The translations under genes and the position numbers were made by a program. Positions 9,117-17,905 of a DNA stretch of 64,000 nucleotides are shown here, in pieces; within the stretch, counting starts at the first letter, position 1, and every line of letters starts with the position of its first letter. Below the pieces are notes generated by a model. It did no database searches. It had not been told where the DNA came from and saw only the letters and a list, made by a program, of their open reading frames with translations. Source of the DNA: an uncultured delta proteobacterium (GTDB lineage Bacteria > Desulfobacterota > Binatia > Binatales > Binataceae); contig CAWILO010000011.1 of the NCBI GenBank assembly GCA_963836955.1, forward strand, positions 491,703 to 555,702. The letters run 5' to 3'.

Positions 9117-10283
9117 ATGTCTTTAAAAGGTAAATGCGCTATCGCCGGGCTCGGCCAGACCCGGATGGGTAAAAACTTCGATCATCCCGGACCGATCGGC
9201 TTCGCTGCCGAGGCCGTCAATCTCGCGCTCGAGGACGCCGGCCTTGAGCGCTCCGACATCGACGGCCTGCTCGTCAATCCCGGGATCACCTGGTTCAACA
9301 ATCCGATGGCGTCGACGTCGCTGCAGAACGCGATGGGCATCCGCGACCTCCGCCTGACTGCGACGATGAACCTCGGCGGCGCGACCGCGGCGGCGATGCT
9401 TATGCATGCCGCTCAGGCTATCGACGCCGGCATGGCCGAGGTCGTCGCCTGCGTGTTCGCCGACGCTCCCCTCCGTCCACCTTCGCCCAAGGGCAAGGAC
9501 GCCGGCTCTGCAGCCTCCTACGGCTTCGCCCAGGGTCTCAACGCGCACTACGGCCAGTTCGGCGTCAACGCTCAGTATGCGTTCGTCGCCCAGCGCCATA
9601 TGTATCGCTATGGGACCACCAACGATCACCTCGGCGCCGTCGCGGTATCCGAGCGCAACTGGGCCAACTTGAATCCCGATGCCCAGTTCCATGACACTCC
9701 GATGTCGATGGCGGACTACCACGCCTCGCGATGGGTGGTTGAGCCGTTCCATCTCTACGACTGCTGCCTGGTTTCCAACGGCGGTCTTGCGGTTATCGTG
9801 ACTTCCGCCGAGCGCGCGAAGACCCTGAAGTGCCCGCCCGTGTACATCCTGGGGATGGGGCAGGGTCATCCCGGCGGCGATCCGCTCGACACGCTGGTTT
9901 CCGGAGCGCCGATCGCCAAAGATACCGCCTTCAAGATGGCTGGGATCAAGCTGGGCGACGTCAACTTCTGCGAGCTCTACGACTGCTATACTTTCACCGT
10001 GCTTGTCACACTCGAAGACTACGGCTTTTGCAAAAAGGGCGAAGGCGGACCCTTCGTCGCCAGCGGCGCTATCGGCCCGAACGGCTCGCTTCCGGTCAAT
10101 ACCGGCGGCGGCCAGCTCAGCTCCTTCTATATGTGGGGGATGACCCCGGTCGCGGAGGCTATCGTGCAGATGCGTGGGGATGGAGGGCGGCGGCAAGTGC
10201 CAAAACACGACGTTGGACTCGTTTCAGGCAATGGCGGTATCCTTGCAACGCACTCAACGCTCGTTTTGGGTAACCAACCGTAG
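9117..10283 (+). CDS. Thiolase-superfamily protein, Ltp2-like (SCP2-type) probable aldolase
   Basis: Start chosen at ATG 9117 (MSLKGKCAIAG). The usual nucleophile-Cys position reads LGGAT; ELYDCYT and NTGGGQLSSFY motifs are present; a DUF35 gene follows. Confidence 0.85.
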   Translation: MSLKGKCAIAGLGQTRMGKNFDHPGPIGFAAEAVNLALEDAGLERSDIDGLLVNPGITWFNNPMASTSLQNAMGIRDLRLTATMNLGGATAAAMLMHAAQAIDAGMAEVVACVFADAPLRPPSPKGKDAGSAASYGFAQGLNAHYGQFGVNAQYAFVAQRHMYRYGTTNDHLGAVAVSERNWANLNPDAQFHDTPMSMADYHASRWVVEPFHLYDCCLVSNGGLAVIVTSAERAKTLKCPPVYILGMGQGHPGGDPLDTLVSGAPIAKDTAFKMAGIKLGDVNFCELYDCYTFTVLVTLEDYGFCKKGEGGPFVASGAIGPNGSLPVNTGGGQLSSFYMWGMTPVAEAIVQMRGDGGRRQVPKHDVGLVSGNGGILATHSTLVLGNQP

Positions 10284-10356
10284 TATTAGCTGTGATTCGC
10301 GCTGTCACTACCCTTGACGTGACGTAGTGCGCTTCAATCGTTTCAACCGCTAATAC
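10283..10356. other. Long imperfect hairpin between the thiolase-like and DUF35 genes
   Basis: GTATTAGC(10283-90)/GCTAATAC(10349-56), GATT/AATC, GCG/CGC and CACTAC/GTAGTG pair in nested order. Confidence 0.6.
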
Positions 10357-10385
10357 GTCTAAGTTAATATATAAGCCAGACTGCG

Positions 10386-10802
10386 ATGCCTGAAATCAGC
10401 AAACCTGTCCCTGCAGTCACTCCCGACATGCGCGAGTTCTTCGAGGGCGCGCGCGCGGGACGCCTGATGCTCCAGAAGTGCGACGGATGCGGGACGCTCC
10501 GGTTCCCCGCTCACGACCTCTGCTCGAAGTGCAACTCGACCGCCTCGCGATGGGTCCCGGTGAGCGGCCGCGGCGAAGTCTTCAGCTTCAATATCATGCA
10601 CCAGATTTACCATCCGGGGTTCGCCGGCCAGGTGCCTTACGCCGTGGTCGTAGTCGAGCTCGAGGAAGGATGCAAATTCGTTTCGAACCTGCTTGGCGTC
10701 AAGCCGCACGACATAAAGTGCGGGATGCCGGTGGAAGTCACATTCGAAAAGCTTAACGATGAAGTCGCGATGCCGAAGTTCCGGCTTCGCGCCGCGAAAT
10801 AA
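10386..10802 (+). CDS. Zn-ribbon/OB-fold (DUF35-type) acyl-CoA-binding partner protein
   Basis: LQKCDGCG..FPAHDLCSKC..SGRGEVFSF..PYAVVVVELEEG. Confidence 0.9.
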   Translation: MPEISKPVPAVTPDMREFFEGARAGRLMLQKCDGCGTLRFPAHDLCSKCNSTASRWVPVSGRGEVFSFNIMHQIYHPGFAGQVPYAVVVVELEEGCKFVSNLLGVKPHDIKCGMPVEVTFEKLNDEVAMPKFRLRAAK

Positions 10803-10837
10803 TCCGGCTCGACTGAATTTATCAAGGAATTATCAAT

Positions 10838-12016
10838 TTGCTGCTCGATCAAAAGTATTTCCAGCGTCTCATCGCGAGTTCGCCGGATATCATAATTGCC
10901 GTCGATAAGGACGGCATCGTCAACTATTACAACGACGGCGCACGCACCAGCCTCGGCTACAGCTCCGACGAGATGATCGGCCAGAACTGCACGCGCATCT
11001 ATCCGTCGATTGATGAAGCGCGCCGCGTAATGAAAGCGATGCGGGATTCTACCGACTCCGGCAAAATCGCCAGCTTCGAGACCATCTTCCGCGACAAGGG
11101 CGGTGAACTCATCCCGGTCATGATCTCCGGCGCGCTCATCCACGACGACGAGGGCAACGAAGTCGGATCGATCGGTTTCGCCCGCGACATCCGCCGTCTG
11201 CGCCGCGCGCAGCAACTCGCGACCGCCGGCGAAATAGCGGTCAGCCTTGCCCACGAGATCAACAATCCGCTCGAATCGATCACCAACAATCTCGAACTGC
11301 TCTCGCAATGCGTCCAGGGGCACCTTAGCGAGTCCGAAAAAGTCGTCGAGAACGAACGCTTCGACTCGATTCGAAATTCCCTGGAACGCGTGCAGGCCAT
11401 CGTCCGCCGCCTCGATGAGATGGCCCGCAAGGGCGAGTACGAGACGCGCGACTACCTGGCCGGCAAGCGGATGGCCGACCTGGCTCCGCGCGAAGATAAA
11501 GTTCATACGCGGCCCCATGACGCGCCGCATCTGGTTGCCGAGCAATCTCCGCTGGCCGGGATGTCGGTGCTGGTGCTCGACGACGATACCGCCGTCGTCA
11601 ACTCGATGGCCGACCTGCTGCGCGCCGAGAAATGCATCGTGCACTGCGCCACGCGTCCTTCGGCCGCATTCGGAATCCTGCGCAACGTCAAGCTCGATGC
11701 GGTTATTTCCGACGTCGTGATGCCCGAGATGGACGGGTACGACTTCTATCTCAAGGTGAAAGAAGAGATGCCGTCGTTGCCGGTCATCCTGATGACGGCC
11801 TACTACTACGACAAGGATCACATCCTGAAGCGCTCGCGCCTGCGCGGCCTCGAAGGCGCGCTGTTCAAGAAGCCGGTAAATCCCGGGAAGCTGCGCGCGA
11901 TGCTCCTGCAATTGCGCCAGAAAGCGGCCCAGGAAAAAGCCAACGCAAGAGCCGCAGCGATAGCAGCCAAATCCGCCGCCGTAGAATCAACACCAAAACT
12001 AATCCCCCAGTCCTGA
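10838..12016 (+). CDS. PAS + HisKA (DHp) + receiver domain protein lacking an ATPase domain
   Basis: PAS (SPDIIIAVD..YNDGA..LGY); H-box LAHEINNPL; receiver VLDDD..ISDVVMPEMDG..LMTA..KKP; no N/G1/F/G2 boxes. Confidence 0.85.
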   Translation: MLLDQKYFQRLIASSPDIIIAVDKDGIVNYYNDGARTSLGYSSDEMIGQNCTRIYPSIDEARRVMKAMRDSTDSGKIASFETIFRDKGGELIPVMISGALIHDDEGNEVGSIGFARDIRRLRRAQQLATAGEIAVSLAHEINNPLESITNNLELLSQCVQGHLSESEKVVENERFDSIRNSLERVQAIVRRLDEMARKGEYETRDYLAGKRMADLAPREDKVHTRPHDAPHLVAEQSPLAGMSVLVLDDDTAVVNSMADLLRAEKCIVHCATRPSAAFGILRNVKLDAVISDVVMPEMDGYDFYLKVKEEMPSLPVILMTAYYYDKDHILKRSRLRGLEGALFKKPVNPGKLRAMLLQLRQKAAQEKANARAAAIAAKSAAVESTPKLIPQS

Positions 12017-12170
12017 TCTTCAGATTGCCTCCCACGTTCGTCGTAGGAGGCCGGCGCGCGTCCGCACACGCCGGGTGGGGGACCTTGGTTCCCTGAATTC
12101 TGGTTGCTGCTCGTGGGAGGGAATCGGAGGCGGACTCGCTCGTATCGCTTTGCTAACTTCTTATCCCCTC

Positions 12171-12978
12171 ATGAAACCCCGACGCCGCAAATCACCTGCG
12201 CGCACCCCAAAACGCCTGGCGACTCGTCCCTTCGCCATCCTCGAATACGATCCTTCGCCGACAGCTATCATCGAGCCGCGCCGCATCTACAAATCCATCG
12301 ATGCTCCCAAGCACTGCGTCCTCTGTTTTCTTTCAGGACGTGATCGACGACCTCATCCTCAACGGCGGCGCTCGCGAGATCGATCAAGCCATCAGCGAAG
12401 TCGGGCGGCATCCTGTTTACGAGATCGAGATTGGCGGCAAGCGGCTGGCAGTCGCGCATCCGCGCACAGGGGCCGCTATGGCGGCGGCGATGCTCGATCG
12501 ATGTATCGCGCGCGGCTCGCGCAAGTTCATCGCGTGCGGCGGCGCGGGCGTGCTCGACTCGAAGATCGCAGTCGGCCATATCGTGGTGCCCAACTCCGCG
12601 GTTCGCGATGAGGGCACTTCGTTCCATTACATTCCGCCGTCGCGCGAGGTCGCGCCGCATCCGCGCGCATTGGCGGCGATCGAGGAAACGCTGCAGCGCA
12701 ACGGCCTCGACTATATCGTCGCGAAGACCTGGACCACCGACGGACTGTTCCGCGAGACGCGCGCCAGGATGCTCGCGCGCAAGCGCGAAGGATGCCTCAC
12801 GGTCGAGATGGAAGCGGCGGCGTTCTTCGCCGTCGCGCAATTCCGTCGCGTGCAATTCGGGCAGATTCTCTACGGCGGCGACGATCTAAGCGCGCGATGG
12901 GACCATCGCAACTGGACGCGTCACCAAATCCGCGAGCGCCTGCTCGCCCTGGCCGCCGAAGCCTGCCTCAGCCTCTGA
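12171..12978 (+). pseudogene. Nucleoside phosphorylase (PNP/UDP family), split by a +1 frameshift at about 12326-12329
   Basis: Frame 1 reads MKPRR..PFAILEYDPSPTAIIEP..HCVLCF and continues in another frame as FQDVID..HPRTGAAMAA..IACGGAG..WTTDGLFRET..VEMEAAAFF. Removing one T from TGTTTTCTTTCAG joins the two. Confidence 0.8.
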
Positions 12979-13040
12979 TTCCCTCGCCTGCGAAGATTGT
13001 AGAGCATGGCGAGAAGAGCATCGGACTAAGAACTGAATTG

Positions 13041-13195
13041 AATGTGAAACCCGCGATGGGTTTCACACTTCCTTCGGCAGGGGTGACCCCTGCACTCAGT
13101 GTCAATCGCAAAGTTGCGCGCAGCGCACTACTTTGCTCTCGGTCCGCAGAAATCCGGTTCCCCTTCCCTCTGAGGGAAAAGGGTAGGGGTTAGGT
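13041..13195 (-). repeat. Family A repeat, copy 2 (reverse orientation)
   Basis: Reverse complement matches copy 1 from ACCTAACCCC to GGGTTTCACATT. Confidence 0.95.
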
Positions 13196-13226
13196 AAGCG
13201 TCTGCGGCGCAACCCCCGCCTTAATC

Positions 13227-14471
13227 TCACTGCGCGAGCGTGATCCCGAACGGCCCGCTATTCGCGTTAGCCGGCTTTTCGGCTGATACCAGCCCGACTT
13301 CGCACAGCTGAATCCCGCAAGAGCCCTTGATCTTCGACTCCGAGATAGTGCCGTCGAAATTGTCGGTCGTATAAACGAACACGCCCTGTGGATCCACCAC
13401 CAGTCCAAGCGCCCCGTTGATGGGTGCTCCTCCTGCTTGCGGCACAGTCACCGGTGGCGTGATTACGGTCGTGCTGTTGGTGACGAGGAACGAAGACACC
13501 GACCCGGGCACCGAGTTCGCAATCCCACGGTTTGCGGTGAACACGTACTCGTTGGAGTTGTTTATCGCGATTCCGATTCCCACCGGCGCGTCGTTGACGT
13601 TGCTGTTCTGGACCGCCGCGACAGGTGTGAGTGCGCCGGTGCCGGCAGTGATCGAGAAGGACGATACCTCGGAAGTCTTCTGGTCCGCGGTGAACAATGC
13701 CGCACCCGCCGAATCCACCACGACCAGGCCCGGCGTCACCGCGGCCACGTCCGGACTGGTCACCGCCGTACCCTTCGAGAGCTTTCCGTTGCTGTCGAAC
13801 GACAGCGGCCAGATAAGCCCGGTCCCGGTATCCGTCATGTACAGCACCGAGAGCGACGGATGCAGCGCGAGGCCGAACGGAGTGTTGAATCCGCCGAGCG
13901 AGCTGTTCTGCGTGAGCTGTCCCGTACTGGTATTAACCGCGTAAGTTGTAACGAGTCCCTTGATTGCGCCCGTCACCCACAGCAACGTGCCCGCGGAATT
14001 GATCGCAAGCTGATCGGGCCCCGTTCCGCTCCCGTTGCTGATAAACGCGGGCGACAGCGGCGTCAGTATTCCGTTGGTCGAATTGATCGAGAACTCGTAG
14101 ATATTGTCGTCGCCCAGGTTCGCGACGTAGAGAAAGCTTCCGCTCGGCGCCGCAACTACCCCACGCGGCCCCTTTTTCGCACCGACAAGCACCTGCCCCG
14201 AATGTGTGAGTACGCCGGTAGTGGTATTGCGCTTGAACGACGACACCTTGCCGTCGTTGAAGTTGGTCACGAATGCAAGCGCTCCCGTGCCGGTCGTCGG
14301 CGTCGACGTCGGGGTCGTGGAACCGCTGTCGACCGGCGTCAGCAGCCCGCCGCTTCCGCACGACAACGTATTGAGCGTCGCCGCCATGATCACAACCGCC
14401 GGAATCAGCCGAACGATATTTTTAAGTGCGGTTCGCCTCGATGAAGATATTCGGCTGACTTGCTCTGCCAT
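13227..14471 (-). CDS. Lactonase-family (6-phosphogluconolactonase-like) beta-propeller lipoprotein
   Basis: Signal peptide with lipobox TLSC; repeated blades (FLYVAN, LLWVT, LYMTD, LFTAD, YVFTAN, FVYTTD); start chosen at ATG 14471. Confidence 0.8.
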   Translation of the reverse strand: MAEQVSRISSSRRTALKNIVRLIPAVVIMAATLNTLSCGSGGLLTPVDSGSTTPTSTPTTGTGALAFVTNFNDGKVSSFKRNTTTGVLTHSGQVLVGAKKGPRGVVAAPSGSFLYVANLGDDNIYEFSINSTNGILTPLSPAFISNGSGTGPDQLAINSAGTLLWVTGAIKGLVTTYAVNTSTGQLTQNSSLGGFNTPFGLALHPSLSVLYMTDTGTGLIWPLSFDSNGKLSKGTAVTSPDVAAVTPGLVVVDSAGAALFTADQKTSEVSSFSITAGTGALTPVAAVQNSNVNDAPVGIGIAINNSNEYVFTANRGIANSVPGSVSSFLVTNSTTVITPPVTVPQAGGAPINGALGLVVDPQGVFVYTTDNFDGTISESKIKGSCGIQLCEVGLVSAEKPANANSGPFGITLAQ

Positions 14472-14598
14472 TCGAGCCCCTTTCCGGCCAATCCGGTCCA
14501 AAAAACAACAGTCTGTTCAGTATCACAAATGGTACGCCGCTTCGAACCCAAGGTTTCGCTGGCCCATTCGGGATTCTGTTTCTGAGGTAATACACGGA

Positions 14599-14778
14599 AC
14601 CTAACTTCTAACCCCTTCCCGCGAGGGAAAAGGCAACCGGATTTGCGCCGACCGAGAGCAAAGTAGTGCGCTGCGCGCAACTTTGCGATTGATACCGGGT
14701 GCAGAGCCTGTCCTGAGCGAAGCCGAAGGAGGTTACCCCTGCCCAAGGAAGCGTGAAACCCACGGCGGGTTTCACATT
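14599..14778 (+). repeat. Family A repeat, copy 3, with a nested ~26-bp insert at 14705-14730
   Basis: Same core; AGCCTGTCCTGAGCGAAGCCGAAGGA interrupts the GCAGGGGTTACCCCTGC hairpin. Confidence 0.93.
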
Positions 14779-14839
14779 CAATAACGTTCTTTCTGCCGCG
14801 ACTTGACAGCGCACCGTATTCGGACGGAAACCCAGATCG

Positions 14840-15286
14840 ATGGCTGTCACATTCCGACGCGCGACTGCTGCCGATGCGCCCGATGTCGCTACTGTATACA
14901 TCGCTTCGCGGCGCGGCGCGGCTGCCTACCTGCCGACCGTCGGCACTGACGCGGAGATTCGCGCGTTCGTTATCCATCAGATGGTGCCGGAGCGCGAGAC
15001 CTGGGTTGCCGAGCTTGACGGGAGAATCGTCGCGGTGCTGGTGCTCGACGGCTACGAGGTCCAACAATTTTACGTTGCGCCTGACTATCAGCGATCCGGC
15101 GTCGGCGATGCGATGCTCGCGCATGCCAAGCATCTGCGCCCCGCCGGACTTCGTCTCTTCACGTTTCAGCGCAATGCTCCTGCGCGCCGCTTTTACGAGG
15201 CGCGCGGCTTCATCGCAAAGGAATTTACCGACGGCGCCACCAGCATGGAGCGCGAGCCCGACGTGCTCTATCAATGGACGCCGTGA
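14840..15286 (+). CDS. GNAT family N-acetyltransferase
   Basis: FRRATAADA..FYVAPDYQRSGVGDAML..NAPARRFYEARGF. Confidence 0.9.
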   Translation: MAVTFRRATAADAPDVATVYIASRRGAAAYLPTVGTDAEIRAFVIHQMVPERETWVAELDGRIVAVLVLDGYEVQQFYVAPDYQRSGVGDAMLAHAKHLRPAGLRLFTFQRNAPARRFYEARGFIAKEFTDGATSMEREPDVLYQWTP

Positions 15287-15316
15287 AGGATCGCAATTTT
15301 TCGCCAAGGAGCTGAT

Positions 15317-16297
15317 GTGATGGCCAAGGTCGATCTCAACAAAGTTCCCCGCTTTTCAGAATTGCCTGTCACGCCTGATAAGCCGAAAGAATCCGCATGG
15401 GGCGTGTTCGGCGACGACGACGAACTCGGATGCCTGAATTTCCTGACGCCGGAAGGCGTAATCGACGCGGCGCGCCTGGTGCGCAAGGGCTCCGTCTTCC
15501 GGCTCGATACGAAAATCAATTACGCCAGCCCGCCGCTGTTCGCCCGGAGTCCCGCCAAGCACAACATCATGAGCTTCGAGAGCTTCGGCCTGCTCGGTTT
15601 CGACGACTCGCTCGACAGTTACAACACGCAGGAGGGCAGCCAGTGGGACGGCCTCGCCCACGTCGGCAGCCCGCGTTACAAGGCGTTCTACAACGGCGTG
15701 AAATCCACCGAGATCAAGGACGGGCCGACCGGCCGCCTCAGCATCCACAAGTGGGCCAACAAGTTTGTCGGCCGCGCCGTCTTGCTCGACGCGTTTCGCT
15801 ACCGCATCTCGCACGGCCGCACGATCGATCCGCTGAAATCGGAAAAGTACAGCCTCGACGATTTGAAGGAGACCGCCGTCGCGCAGGGCGTCGAGCTGAA
15901 GCCGGGCACGATACTGCTGATTCGCACGGGCTGGATGCAGGCGTACATGGCCGCGTCATCCGAGGACAAGGCTGCGATGGCGCCGCTGGAGGGGCTCAAG
16001 GCGTGCGGTATCGACGATAGCCGCGCGATGGTCGAATGGTTCTGGGATCATCGCGTCGCCGCCGTTGGCACCGATTGTCCTGCCGTCGAGCCTTGGCCGT
16101 GGGATTTCAAGAACGAGGGCGCGCTGCATTACCGCACGCTATGCCTGCTCGGCCTGCCGATCGGCGAGCAGTTCAACCTCGAGGAACTCGCGATGGATTG
16201 CGCCGCCGACAAGCGTTACGAATTCATGCTGGTGTCGGTGCCGATGAACCTGGAAGGCGGAATCGCCTCGCCGCCAAACGCAGTCGCAATCAAGTAG
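15317..16297 (+). CDS. Cyclase family (kynurenine formamidase-like) metal-dependent hydrolase
   Basis: WGVFGDDDELG..QEGSQWDGLAH..GRAVLLD..LLIRTGW..VGTD..GEQFNLEEL. Confidence 0.88.
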   Translation: MMAKVDLNKVPRFSELPVTPDKPKESAWGVFGDDDELGCLNFLTPEGVIDAARLVRKGSVFRLDTKINYASPPLFARSPAKHNIMSFESFGLLGFDDSLDSYNTQEGSQWDGLAHVGSPRYKAFYNGVKSTEIKDGPTGRLSIHKWANKFVGRAVLLDAFRYRISHGRTIDPLKSEKYSLDDLKETAVAQGVELKPGTILLIRTGWMQAYMAASSEDKAAMAPLEGLKACGIDDSRAMVEWFWDHRVAAVGTDCPAVEPWPWDFKNEGALHYRTLCLLGLPIGEQFNLEELAMDCAADKRYEFMLVSVPMNLEGGIASPPNAVAIK

Positions 16298-16312
16298 TCG
16301 CGAGGCGACGAG

Positions 16313-16930
16313 TCACCGCGTAGCGCCCGCGGTTTCCGCGATCGCGATACGCACTGCGTTCTCCATCAGCGTCAGCGGCATGCTGGGCAGGCTCCGATGG
16401 CGTCCGGCCTGGCGCGCCTCGTATGGCAGGTGGATGAATCCGACCGGGACGCCGGGCTTGCGCCGCAGGTAGTGCAGCGCCGCGCACATCAGCGCGTTGC
16501 ACGCATACACGCCGGCGCTCAGCGATACGCTCGCGGGAATCTCCTTGCGATCGAGTTCGCGAATGATCGCGCGCAACGGCAGTCGCGAGAAGTACGCGTC
16601 GGGCCCTCCGCGAACGACTGGCGTGAATCCTGGATCGCCTTTTTTGGAGAGCGCGCCGCGCTCGTCGGCCAGATTGATCGCGATTCTTTCCAGCGAGATC
16701 GCCGGCCTGCCGCCCGCCTCGCCGAGACCAATTACCGCTCGCGGCCGGTAGCGCACGATCGCGCCGGTAATTCGCCGCGCCGCCTTGGCGCATCCGACCG
16801 GCACGCGGACCGACTTTATCTGCAGCCCGCCGATCACCTCGCCATCGAGACGCCGCGCAATTTCCCACGACGGATTGATCCGCTCGCCGCGAAACGGCTC
16901 GAAGCCGGTGAGAATCAGGATCGGTGGCAT
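16313..16930 (-). CDS. pcp: Pyroglutamyl-peptidase I
   Basis: LTGFEPF..NPSW..LERIAIN..SAGVYACN..GFIHLP (Glu/Cys/His triad context). Confidence 0.92.
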   Translation of the reverse strand: MPPILILTGFEPFRGERINPSWEIARRLDGEVIGGLQIKSVRVPVGCAKAARRITGAIVRYRPRAVIGLGEAGGRPAISLERIAINLADERGALSKKGDPGFTPVVRGGPDAYFSRLPLRAIIRELDRKEIPASVSLSAGVYACNALMCAALHYLRRKPGVPVGFIHLPYEARQAGRHRSLPSMPLTLMENAVRIAIAETAGATR

Positions 16931-17014
16931 TTCCGTCTCCTCGCCCTGTAAGGGAGAGGATGAAGGTGAGGGTCCTTTTGCAGCGCGCTATTTCGCGCGC
17001 GATTCAGGATTCTG
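16928..17014. repeat. Family B REP-like repeat, copy 1
   Basis: CATTTCCG..AAGGGAGAGGAT.AAGGTGAGGG..CAGCGC..CGCGCGCGA.TCAGGATTCTG also occurs at 29026-29117. Confidence 0.8.
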
Positions 17015-17054
17015 CTTCGTCTCTGAACGCGTGTCTGAATATTACGCATGCCGC

Positions 17055-17882
17055 TCACTTGCGCCGCGGATGCTCAATTGGCAGGTCGTCGCGATTGCCC
17101 CATTCTGCCCACGACCCGAGATAATTTCTCACCTTCGGATAGCCTGCGAGCTTGAGCGCGATGTACGCGTACGCGGCGCGGTAGCCGCCCTGGCAATACG
17201 GCACGATCTCGGCGGCGGGATCGAGGCCGAGTGCTTCGAACTGCGCGCGCAGCTCGTCGGGAGATTTCACGGTTCCATCGGGGGCGAGCGCCGCAGTCCA
17301 GTCCTGATGGTACGAGCCTGGGATTGCGCCTCTGTGTTTCGCTCGGATGCGTTCGCTGAAATATTCCGCGTCGCTGCGGACGTCGAAGATTTGCACGTCG
17401 GGACGTCCGAGCTGGCTCACCAGATGCGGATAGGTCGCGAGAATCTCTGCTCGCGCATCAAGCTGAAAGTCCGTTGGCGCAAATTTGTCGACTTTAGTCT
17501 CCAGGTGTTCGCCCGCTATCGTCTTGAGCCCGCCGTCGAGCATTAGCGCCCGTGGATGCCCGGCGTATTCGAGCGCCCACTGGCCGCGCGCCGCACGCAT
17601 CCCGGATTCGTTCTCATAGAACACGACCGTCTCACTGCCACTGATTCCGAGCGCCGAAAATATCCACTCGAGTTGCCCGCCGAACTCTGCGATACCGCGC
17701 TCAGACGTATCGGTATGATGGAACGGGAAAGGATCGAAGTGCCGCGCGCCGCTCAGATGCCCGGCGTGAAAATCCTTGGCGGGCCGCGTGTCGATGAGGA
17801 TCAGATCGGCGTCGTCGCGATGCTCGCGCAGCCATCGCGCATCGACAATCAACTTTGTTTCCGAAGGTTTACCCGGACTCAA
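17055..17882 (-). CDS. Tandem-domain rhodanese / sulfurtransferase (SseA-like)
   Basis: IDTR..GHLSGA..LDGG..DVR..IPG..YCQGGYRA..NYLGSWAEW. Confidence 0.92.
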   Translation of the reverse strand: MSPGKPSETKLIVDARWLREHRDDADLILIDTRPAKDFHAGHLSGARHFDPFPFHHTDTSERGIAEFGGQLEWIFSALGISGSETVVFYENESGMRAARGQWALEYAGHPRALMLDGGLKTIAGEHLETKVDKFAPTDFQLDARAEILATYPHLVSQLGRPDVQIFDVRSDAEYFSERIRAKHRGAIPGSYHQDWTAALAPDGTVKSPDELRAQFEALGLDPAAEIVPYCQGGYRAAYAYIALKLAGYPKVRNYLGSWAEWGNRDDLPIEHPRRK

Positions 17883-17905
17883 ATTCGCCTCCGCCTCGCG
17901 CAGTC

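Noticed and set aside
14530-14560. GGGTTCGAAGCGGCGTACCA on the minus strand, resembling a tRNA 3' end
   Set aside because: No T-stem pairing, and no D or anticodon arm can be built.
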